Shown here in pieces: positions 47,140 to 54,859 of a stretch of DNA of 64,000 nt (its first letter is position 1; each line of letters begins with the position of its first letter). The DNA lies in IMG/VR virus record IMGVR_UViG_3300037878_000134, positions 1-64,000 of that record, one strand, 5' to 3'. The notes under the pieces are model-generated. The model had not been told where the DNA came from. It was given only the letters and a program-made list of their open reading frames with translations, and did not search any database. The position numbers were made by a program, and so were the translations under genes. This stretch comes from a virus (taxonomy: Duplodnaviria; Caudoviricetes).

Positions 47140-47666
47140 TGGCGCCAAAGCAGAAACCGGGCAAGTCGAGGCAGGACTACCGAACCCCGCCGGAACTGCT
47201 CCGCGCGATCGAGTGCGAGTTCCACGTCGAGCAGTGGGATCGGGACTTGGCCGCCAACCAGTGGACGGCCATTCGCGCCGCGCATTCCGAGGACGAGACG
47301 ACGGGCAAGCCGCATCACTTCGACCAGGTGGAGTATCTCGGGCCGGGCTCACCGATCTGCGAGGACTCATTGGCATTCGATTGGGCAAACCTTCCGGGCG
47401 AGGCGTGGCTAAACCAGCCGTTCGCGAACATCGCTCCCTGGGCCAAGAAGTGTGCGACCACGAAAAGAGATGGTCGGATTTTCCAGCTGGTGCCCGCCTC
47501 GGTCGGCTCCAACTGGTACCAGGAATACGTGCATGGGAAGGCGCATGTCGTGGCACTGAGCCCACGGGTGACCTTTGTAGGCGAGGCGCAGACGTATCCC
47601 AAGGACATCGCGCTGGCCATTTGGTCGGGCGTGCGGGGAGGGTTCTCAACCTGGCGGTGGAAGTGA
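47139..47666 (+). CDS. phage Dam-like DNA N6-adenine methyltransferase
   Basis: DYRTPPELL, DLAA, WLNQPF (variant motif IV), RVTF. Confidence 0.75.
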   Translation: MAPKQKPGKSRQDYRTPPELLRAIECEFHVEQWDRDLAANQWTAIRAAHSEDETTGKPHHFDQVEYLGPGSPICEDSLAFDWANLPGEAWLNQPFANIAPWAKKCATTKRDGRIFQLVPASVGSNWYQEYVHGKAHVVALSPRVTFVGEAQTYPKDIALAIWSGVRGGFSTWRWK

Positions 47667-47875
47667 TGGTCGACTTTCTCAACAAGGCCGAATTCGAGGA
47701 CGTGCGCGCCATCCGGCTGAGCGACAGTGGCGCGGGCCTTCTCTGCGGGATCAACGGCAAGGAAGTCTGGATACCGGTGTCGCAAATCGACGATGACAGC
47801 GAAGTCTTCGAGGAAGGCCACGAGGGCAAGCTGGTAGTCTCGCAGTGGATAGCCGAGCAGAAGGGTCTCGTATGA
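47666..47875 (+). CDS. hypothetical protein
   Basis: 69 aa; WIPVSQI motif. Confidence 0.55.
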   Translation: MVDFLNKAEFEDVRAIRLSDSGAGLLCGINGKEVWIPVSQIDDDSEVFEEGHEGKLVVSQWIAEQKGLV

Positions 47876-47910
47876 ACGCGACCGGCAGCCGATCCCCGAG
47901 GCGTTGACCC

Positions 47911-48891
47911 ATGACCAAACTCGGTCCGTATCCCATTCCGAGCTATCAGGTCGGCGACTGCCGCGAGCTGCTCGCGAAGCTGCCGGATGAGTGCATCGAC
48001 TGCGTGGTGAGTAGCCCCCCCTACTGGGGGCTTCGCTCATACCTACCAGAAGGAGATCCGCACAAGCACATCGAGCTTGGGACCGAGCGGACCTATCCGC
48101 AGTACGTTGAGAAGATGCGCGCGGTGTTCGAACAGGTCCGTCGTGTCCTCAAAGCCGAGGGCACGCTGTGGTTGAACCTCGGTGACTGCTACGCGACCGG
48201 CGCTGGCGCCGTGGGAGAATGCCCAGGTGGGGGAGAACAGGGCGCGCGATGGAAAGGGAATCGCGCGACCCGCACGGGGGCGAATAGCGAGAAGCATGAA
48301 CCAGCGCTGGCGCAGATGGGACCACTTACCCAACCGAACCGGATGCCTCAGCCTGGACTCAAGCCCAAGGACTTGGTGGGCATTCCTTGGCGCGTAGCCT
48401 TCGCGTTGCAGGCTGATGGCTGGAGGCTTCGTTCGGACATCATCTGGTCGAAGCCCAACCCGATGCCGGAAAGCGTGCAAAGCCGCCCGACCAAGGCGCA
48501 CGAGTACCTTTTTCTCTTTTCCAAGGCGGAGTCCTATTACTACGACAGCGAATCCATCGCGGAGCAGGCGGTCAGGGCGGGGTCTATCCCCGGAGGCGGT
48601 GGTGGCCATGAGGCGGTTGGGGCCAAGCGCAATCGGCGCTCCGTCTGGACGATCCCAACCGAGCCTACGTCAGAAGCACACTTCGCGACCATGCCGACCA
48701 AGCTGGTCCAGCCCTGCATTCTGGCCGGGTGCCCCGCTGGCGGAGTAGTTCTCGATCCCTTCGGGGGCAGCGGCACGGTCGGGCGCGTAGCCGAGGACCA
48801 CGGGCGGCTGTGGCTGCTGTTCGATCTCAGCCCGGCTTATGCCGAGATCGCGAAGCGCAGGACCGCCCAGACCTCTCTTCTTCGGGGTTGA
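47911..48891 (+). CDS. DNA N4-cytosine/N6-adenine methyltransferase (beta class)
   Basis: VVSSPPYWG; VLDPFGGSGTV. Confidence 0.9.
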   Translation: MTKLGPYPIPSYQVGDCRELLAKLPDECIDCVVSSPPYWGLRSYLPEGDPHKHIELGTERTYPQYVEKMRAVFEQVRRVLKAEGTLWLNLGDCYATGAGAVGECPGGGEQGARWKGNRATRTGANSEKHEPALAQMGPLTQPNRMPQPGLKPKDLVGIPWRVAFALQADGWRLRSDIIWSKPNPMPESVQSRPTKAHEYLFLFSKAESYYYDSESIAEQAVRAGSIPGGGGGHEAVGAKRNRRSVWTIPTEPTSEAHFATMPTKLVQPCILAGCPAGGVVLDPFGGSGTVGRVAEDHGRLWLLFDLSPAYAEIAKRRTAQTSLLRG

Positions 48892-48915
48892 CATCGCATA
48901 GCGGAGCGATATGCT
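48888..48915 (+). promoter_or_regulatory. sigma70 promoter with overlapping inverted repeat
   Basis: TTGACA-16 nt-TATGCT; GCATA...TATGC arms. Confidence 0.55.
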
Positions 48916-48922
48916 TCGCAGT

Positions 48923-49051
48923 GTGAAGAAGCACCTCCTGAGTTTTTCCAAGCCCGCTGACGGCTGGCTGCGCAAGGAAGCCGCCCGTCTGGGAATTCCC
49001 GTGACCGAGCTGGTTCGTCGCATCGTCGACGAAAAGCGCAAAGCTGGCTGA
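48923..49051 (+). CDS. ribbon-helix-helix (CopG-like) regulator, 42 aa
   Basis: Hand translation (M)KKHLLSFSKPADGWLRKEAARLGIPVTELVRRIVDEKRKAG. Confidence 0.65.
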   Translation: MKKHLLSFSKPADGWLRKEAARLGIPVTELVRRIVDEKRKAG

Positions 49052-49055
49052 GACG

Positions 49056-49358
49056 ATGGGCAAGCGCGAACAAGAAGCGTGGGAGATCTACAGACTAGAT
49101 GCGCCAACGCATGCCGCTCGCCCCGTCGAGTTTTGGGAAGAGCTGAGCCCAGAATGGCAACGGCACTACCTTGCAATGCGCGACCGCCTCGCCGAGCTTT
49201 TCCGCCCCGAGTTCGTGCGGGAGACAAACGGGTCGCCTCCTCGGCCCAGCAGCCACCCGGAGCCGCAGGCCGAAGTGGCTGACAATGCGGCCAGCCTCCA
49301 AGTGTCGCCCGAAGAGCCGAAGACCGGGACGGGCCAAGGGCTCGAGAGCAAGAGCTGA
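49056..49358 (+). CDS. hypothetical protein
   Basis: 100 aa. Confidence 0.5.
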   Translation: MGKREQEAWEIYRLDAPTHAARPVEFWEELSPEWQRHYLAMRDRLAELFRPEFVRETNGSPPRPSSHPEPQAEVADNAASLQVSPEEPKTGTGQGLESKS

Positions 49359-49891
49359 TGACCAACTCGAGATGGCGCGCGCTGGGCCGCGCACGGAGGC
49401 AACAGATTGCGCAGCGGATTGTGGATGTCGCTCCAGGGATAATGGAGGGTCTCTATCTGAACATGCTTGAGCATCGCCCCGCGAAGATCGAAAGCCTCCA
49501 CGCCTACAGGAGCGCCGTCCTGTCCGAACTGCAAGCCGGTGACGAAGAGTTCCCGCCGTTCTTTTTCGGGTTCGAGCTGGAAGCCATGCTCCGCGGATGG
49601 CCTCGCGATGCAGGTCGCTTCGACATCCCGATCTACGAACACGACTGCGACAAATGCCAATACCTTGGGCAGATCTCCGGTTCTGTTACCCGCGATCTGG
49701 AGACGGACGCAGCAGTTGACGCCTACATCTGCACCGGGGCGGGCTACGCCTCGATCGCGCTTCGGCGCAGTGACGATCCCGAGGACTACACGTCGATGCC
49801 GTACTCTTGGGCCTTGAAGGGGCCGGCGCTGGCAGCCTTTCGGATCGCCATCGAACGTCTGCACTTCATTGGAGCGCCCGGGGTGCAATGA
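49358..49891 (+). CDS. hypothetical protein
   Basis: 177 aa, coupled starts and stops. Confidence 0.55.
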   Translation: MTNSRWRALGRARRQQIAQRIVDVAPGIMEGLYLNMLEHRPAKIESLHAYRSAVLSELQAGDEEFPPFFFGFELEAMLRGWPRDAGRFDIPIYEHDCDKCQYLGQISGSVTRDLETDAAVDAYICTGAGYASIALRRSDDPEDYTSMPYSWALKGPALAAFRIAIERLHFIGAPGVQ

Positions 49892-50421
49892 AACCCATGA
49901 AGAACAACCACGTGCCCGACCAACTGAAGCTCTACGCGGTAGTCCGGCCCGACGGCACGACGGTCAAGATTGTGACCGACGAAGAGTCAGCACGTCGGGC
50001 GATGGCGGAAGATCTGCAGAAGCAACTCAGCCCCAAAGAGTTCGAAGCGATTCGTTCATGCATGATGAAAGGAGAGCGCTCGCCAGAGGCCGATCGTCTG
50101 ATTAGAACCGTCGACAGCTACAAGGTGGAGCTGGTCCATTCCCGAAAGCTGAAAAAGGGGGAGCTAGCGCTGCTGCTCTCCGCCCAGGAAGCTGAAGAAG
50201 AAAAACCGAACGAGCACGATCGCCTGAGTTCAAGAGTGCGGAAGATCGTCAAGGCTCTAGCAAATCTCTTCGGCGACTTGAACGTCAATCCCTACGAAGC
50301 CGCGAGCGCCATGGGGTTGATCTTTACCTTCATGGCCGAGAGACAGCCCGCGAACAGGACCGCCATCGTAGGAACGCTCAGGACAACTGCGGACATCATT
50401 GAAGGGCCGGAGAGCGAGTAG
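49888..50421 (+). CDS. hypothetical protein
   Basis: 177 aa from ATG 49888. Confidence 0.55.
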   Translation: MKPMKNNHVPDQLKLYAVVRPDGTTVKIVTDEESARRAMAEDLQKQLSPKEFEAIRSCMMKGERSPEADRLIRTVDSYKVELVHSRKLKKGELALLLSAQEAEEEKPNEHDRLSSRVRKIVKALANLFGDLNVNPYEAASAMGLIFTFMAERQPANRTAIVGTLRTTADIIEGPESE

Positions 50422-50426
50422 CCCCG

Positions 50427-50927
50427 ATGGCCTACGCCGAAGGAACCCTCGTCGCGGCCGAAAAATCGCGCTCCGAGATCGAGGCCCTCGTCCAGAAGTA
50501 CGCTGGGCGCGATGCGGACTTCACCTACGGCAAGAGCTGCGGCCAGGCCGGCATCAGCTTCGTCGCCAAGGCACGCCGGGTGCAGTTCATGCTCCCGCTG
50601 CCCACGATGGAAGAAGCCAAGCAGGAAGCGCGAGACCGGCGGGCCCCATCGCGCGCTCCCTCGCCCGCGAGGTGCGAAGAGTGGTTGGAGAAAGAGACCC
50701 GCAGACGCTGGCGCTGCCTGCTCTTGATCATCAAAGCAAAGTTCGCCGCGGTGGAGATCTGGGAAGAGCTGGGGCAAGGCGACGCCGCCAAGACAGCCTT
50801 CGATCGGGAGTTCTTGAGCCACATCGTCAGCCAAGACGGCAAGACGATCTGGGACACGATCACGTCGATGCCCGGCCAGAAGCTCCTGACCGCGGCGCCA
50901 GACGCGGACAGCAAGAAGAGTCGATGA
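50427..50927 (+). CDS. conserved phage hypothetical protein
   Basis: YAEGT.V..EKSRSEIE...RRWRCLLLIIKAKF...EFLSHIV pattern. Confidence 0.65.
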   Translation: MAYAEGTLVAAEKSRSEIEALVQKYAGRDADFTYGKSCGQAGISFVAKARRVQFMLPLPTMEEAKQEARDRRAPSRAPSPARCEEWLEKETRRRWRCLLLIIKAKFAAVEIWEELGQGDAAKTAFDREFLSHIVSQDGKTIWDTITSMPGQKLLTAAPDADSKKSR

Positions 50928-52024
50928 CAAAGACCAGCATTTCCTGGTGTCTCGGTCCCGACGGCGCGCCGGGCTTTTCGTGGAACCCCGTCGTAGGATG
51001 CTCGCCTGTCAGCGCCGGGTGCGCGCACTGCTGGGCCGCTCGCCTGGCCAGCACGCGGCTGGCACACTTGCCCGAGTACAAGGGACTGACCGAGCCAACG
51101 GTCATAATGTCCGCCAACCCGCCCGGAAGTGGCCCGGGCCCGTCAATCTGGACCGGCCAGACCCGCTTCCTGCCCGACCGCCTAGGCGAGCCGCTGCGCA
51201 GACGGCAGCCATCGGGGATCGCGGTGGGGCTGATGGGTGACATCGGCCATCCGACGATCCGAGATGTTGATAGGTTCCGCATCTGGCTAACGATGGCCAG
51301 GGCTTTTTGGCATCAGTTTTTCGTCCTCACGAAGAGACCGGCAGAGCTTTCGCGCTTCATTGAGCGATGGTGCAGCGTAGAGGAGGACACCTTGGAGCCT
51401 CGGCTAGTGCGGGGCCCAGAAGAGGTCAGACGATGTTACCGGAGTGAGCGGGCCAGACTCTTCGCCGACATGCTCGAAGGGATGGGAGAGCCTCCGCCTG
51501 GAGCTGCCTACCCGACGTTTGACTGGATGGAGGGCCCGAGGTGGTTCGAGGCGATCTTGGCCAACGTGGCGATCGGCGTCTCCATCGAGGACCAGGCCAC
51601 GGCGAATGACCGCATGCTGGAGCTAGAAGAAACGCCGGCCGCCTTGCGCTTTATCTCGGCAGAGCCGCTTCTCGAGGATCTCCAGCGCATCGACTTGAGC
51701 GGGATTTCGTGGGTGATCGTCGGGGGAGAATCAGGGCCCAACGCCCGGCCATGTCACGTTGATTGGATCCGCTCCGTCATCAGAGAGTGTCGCGAAGCAG
51801 GCGTTGCCTGCTGGGTGAAACAACTCGGCACGAACTGCGTGGACCGCAACGACGCTGGTTTCGACGGGGCCGAAGGCGAATGGCCAGCAGGCACACGAAC
51901 CCGAGGCAGCGAGAGGTTTCAGGGCGCGCCGGTGCACATTCGCTTCCGCGACCGCGCCGGTGCCGACCCGTCCGAATGGCCCGAAGATCTCAAAGTGAGA
52001 CAAACGCTGGAGGCTCGCCGATGA
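50924..52024 (+). CDS. DUF5131 (phage Gp37/Gp68) family protein
   Basis: SISW...WNPVVGCSPVSAGCAHCWA; LTKRP; FISAEPLL; WVIVGGESG; CWVKQLG. Confidence 0.85.
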   Translation: MTKTSISWCLGPDGAPGFSWNPVVGCSPVSAGCAHCWAARLASTRLAHLPEYKGLTEPTVIMSANPPGSGPGPSIWTGQTRFLPDRLGEPLRRRQPSGIAVGLMGDIGHPTIRDVDRFRIWLTMARAFWHQFFVLTKRPAELSRFIERWCSVEEDTLEPRLVRGPEEVRRCYRSERARLFADMLEGMGEPPPGAAYPTFDWMEGPRWFEAILANVAIGVSIEDQATANDRMLELEETPAALRFISAEPLLEDLQRIDLSGISWVIVGGESGPNARPCHVDWIRSVIRECREAGVACWVKQLGTNCVDRNDAGFDGAEGEWPAGTRTRGSERFQGAPVHIRFRDRAGADPSEWPEDLKVRQTLEARR

Positions 52025-53838
52025 AACGAAAAACTAGTCACCTACCGACCCGGATCTACAGCTACGGCTGCCGCCTCCCAACCGAGGGGGCGCAGATCAT
52101 CGAAGAGCAGCTCAAGCTCGCCCGCGTCTATCACAACAAGCTCTTGGAAATTGAGCTTGCGCGACGGGCGGCCGTGAGGACGGCGATGGCGTCCTGCCCT
52201 GACGTGGCGACGGCCGCAGCGGAGGTTGCGGAGATCGATCAAAAAATCGAGGCCGAACGCGTGGTGATCAAGGCAGCTCGGCAGGCGGCTCGATCCGGGG
52301 CGGTCGATGTGCGGGCGAACAAAGAGCGATTGAAAGAGCTCTTCGTGGAAGTCAAGGCCGCGCGGCAAGCCCTCAAAGCGGCAAAGACCGCCAGCCGTAC
52401 CCCGCAGATGCTGGCGAAATTCAAGTCGGCCCAGGAGACGGCAAACCAAGCCGTGCGCGACGCGCGCGCGATCTGCGGCGTGTACTGGGGTACATACTTG
52501 CTGGTCGAGCAGGAGATCGAGGCAGCCCGCAAGAGCAAGACGGATCCCCAATTCCGCCGGTGGACCGGCACAGGACGCATCGGCGTCGAGTTGATGCACG
52601 GCCTGTCAGTTGCCGATCTCATGGCCGGGAAAGACACTCGGCTGCAGATCCACATGACCCCGGGCGCAAGCAAGCGGAGCCAGAGCATGGCCGTGGTCCG
52701 GATCCGCGTGGGATCCGCCGGTCGCGATCCAATCTGGGCCGCGCTCCCGTTCCGCCTGCACCGCCCCTTGCCAGCCGACGGCCGGGTGAAGTGGGCTTGG
52801 ATTCATCGCACGTTCAAGGGCCGGTGGGTCAACTGGGATCTGCAGATCGTACTCGAGGCCGCCTCATTCGCGGTGCCTGAACGCCCAGCCCACGATGGCG
52901 GCGTGGTGGCGCTCGATCTGGGCTGGCGCGCGCGACAGTCTACTGCGGGCGATGGTTCGCAGACCATTCGGGTCGGCTACTGGTGCGACGACCGCGGCCA
53001 GCACGGCGAGCTTGTTATGCCGGCCGATCTCAAGGGCCGCCTGGAGCACGCCAACAGTCTGCGGGCAATCGAAGACCGCAACTTCGACGCCGCGAAAGCG
53101 CGATTGATAGAATGGCTCAAGGAGCACACAGCTCCGGAGGGCATAGATCTGGCGAATCTCGCGGCCTGGAAATCCGCGAAGCGGTTGGGTCGGACGGTGT
53201 CCGAATGGGAGAATCTGGGCGAGGTGCCCTGCGACTTGCTGGCCTGGTGGAAGCAGCATCGCCACCTCTACGATTGGGAAAGCTCGGAAAGGGCCCGCGC
53301 GCTGAACGCTCGGAAGAACCACTACCGGAACATCGCCGCGCAACTCACGACTACCTACGCCGTCTTGGTGCTCGAAGACTTCGACATGCGCGGCGTGGTC
53401 GAGCTGAACCAGCCCGAGCACAAGGAAGACGATGCGGTCAAGCCCGCCCGGCGCAACCGGGTGTTCGCGGCGCCGTCGGAGTTTCGCCTGGCGCTCAAGT
53501 CGGCCGCGCCGCTGCGCGGTTGTCGCATCGCCGAATTGGCCTGCGCGTTGACAACCCAGCCCTGCCACGTGTGCGGAGAGAGCGAGCGGTGGGACGCGGC
53601 GAAGTCTGTCTGGCACACGTGTCGCAACGGGCACCAGTGGGATCAGGATTACAACGCGGCTCGCAATCTACTCGGTGTCTACGCGAGCGGCGATGCGCTG
53701 AAGCGCGAACCCCCGTCGGACAGAGGGAAAAAGAGCGACGAAAAACCGAGCCTCGCGCACACGGAGGTGCAAGATAGCGAAACCACGGGCGAATCTCTGG
53801 TGCCCGTTGCAATGCCTGCTCAGGGGGCTGTGCCTTGA
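52021..53838 (+). CDS. cas12m: compact type V CRISPR effector, Cas12m-like (V-U1/V-M), 605 aa
   Basis: RuvC-I VALDLGWR (D299), RuvC-II LVLEDFD (E452), Zn finger CHVC..CRNGH, RuvC-III DQDYNAA (D543); long N-terminal helical insert; abuts a CRISPR array. Confidence 0.82.
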   Translation: MKRKTSHLPTRIYSYGCRLPTEGAQIIEEQLKLARVYHNKLLEIELARRAAVRTAMASCPDVATAAAEVAEIDQKIEAERVVIKAARQAARSGAVDVRANKERLKELFVEVKAARQALKAAKTASRTPQMLAKFKSAQETANQAVRDARAICGVYWGTYLLVEQEIEAARKSKTDPQFRRWTGTGRIGVELMHGLSVADLMAGKDTRLQIHMTPGASKRSQSMAVVRIRVGSAGRDPIWAALPFRLHRPLPADGRVKWAWIHRTFKGRWVNWDLQIVLEAASFAVPERPAHDGGVVALDLGWRARQSTAGDGSQTIRVGYWCDDRGQHGELVMPADLKGRLEHANSLRAIEDRNFDAAKARLIEWLKEHTAPEGIDLANLAAWKSAKRLGRTVSEWENLGEVPCDLLAWWKQHRHLYDWESSERARALNARKNHYRNIAAQLTTTYAVLVLEDFDMRGVVELNQPEHKEDDAVKPARRNRVFAAPSEFRLALKSAAPLRGCRIAELACALTTQPCHVCGESERWDAAKSVWHTCRNGHQWDQDYNAARNLLGVYASGDALKREPPSDRGKKSDEKPSLAHTEVQDSETTGESLVPVAMPAQGAVP

Positions 53839-54825
53839 GACCATCAACGACGGGACCGTCGAAAAGATCGGCGAACGTTGCAATGCCTGCTCAGGGGGCT
53901 GTGCCTTGAGACCATCGGCGTGGCCAGGTTCGTCCGAGTGAGTGACGGTTGCAATGCCTGCTCAGGGGGCTGTGCCTTGAGACACGGGCGGGCAGAACAG
54001 CCCACGGGCGCGAGGAGTTGCAATGCCTGCTCAGGGGGCTGTGCCTTGAGACTTCTTGGGGGTGCCGGGGGGAGCATTCCCCTTCCCGGTTGCAATGCCT
54101 GCTCAGGGGGCTGTGCCTTGAGACACAAAGAGGGCCTGCTGACTGTTGTGAGCCTCGATGTTGCAATGCCTGCTCAGGGGGCTGTGCCTTGAGACAGCCA
54201 CCGTTGCCGCCGCTCCCACCGCCGCCCGGTTGCAATGCCTGCTCAGGGGGCTTTGCCTTGAGACCCCGAATTGCTGGAGGCCGGCCCGGATCGGATCGTC
54301 CACCTGGAAATGCCTGCTCAGGGGGCAATGCCTTGAGACTGCCCGACCTTTGCCCGCCAGATCGCAAAGCCTGCGCAAGGGGCTGTGCCTTGAGACCAGA
54401 AGTCGAGTGCATCGAGGTGGGCAGTAGGTCGTTGCAATGCCTGCTCAGGGGGCTGTGCCTTGAGACACCACCAACTATTTCGTGGGGCCGGATCCCGCAG
54501 GGTTGCAATGCCTGCTCAGGGGGCTGTGCCTTGAGACGTCCATGTCCGATTGGTACCAAGACCGACCGACACGTTGCAATGCCTGCTCAGGGGGCTGTGC
54601 CTTGAGACACCTCCCCGCTCAGCTTGCTCGCTGTTTCGTCCAGTCTCTCAACGCCTGCTCAGGGGGCCACGCCTTGAGACACGATGTAGTGGGAATCGCC
54701 CAGCCGCACGGCCTCCGACCCGCAACGCCCGCTCAGGGGGCTATGCCTTGAGACCAGCGTGCGACTGCTGCCAGTCGGGCAGCTTCCTGCTCAGAAAGCC
54801 TGCTCAAGGGGCTACGCCTTGAGAC
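53806..54825 (+). CRISPR. main CRISPR array: 15 repeats, 14 spacers
   Basis: 36-bp repeat GTTGCAATGCCTGCTCAGGGGGCTGTGCCTTGAGAC at 53806, 53877, 53948, 54017, 54089, 54160, 54229, 54304, 54361, 54431, 54502, 54573, 54645, 54719, 54790; spacers 33-39 nt (one of 21 nt). Confidence 0.97.
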
Positions 54826-54859
54826 GTGTACTCCGCGTCGTAGCCAAAGGAGATTGATC

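Noticed and set aside
52021-53838. Ordinary IS200/IS605 TnpB
   Set aside because: No TnpA or IS-end hairpins seen; it is larger than typical TnpB, has the helical insert and abuts a true repeat-spacer array
54609-54789. Short matches of spacers 12 and 14 to the window (GGACGAAACAGC near 61911; VRLLP codons near 14512)
   Set aside because: Only about 12 nt or peptide-level; expected by chance
53844-54822. ORFs over the CRISPR array (e.g. 53949..54605, 53891..54559) and 41547..42728
   Set aside because: Translations simply repeat the CRISPR repeat; these are artefacts
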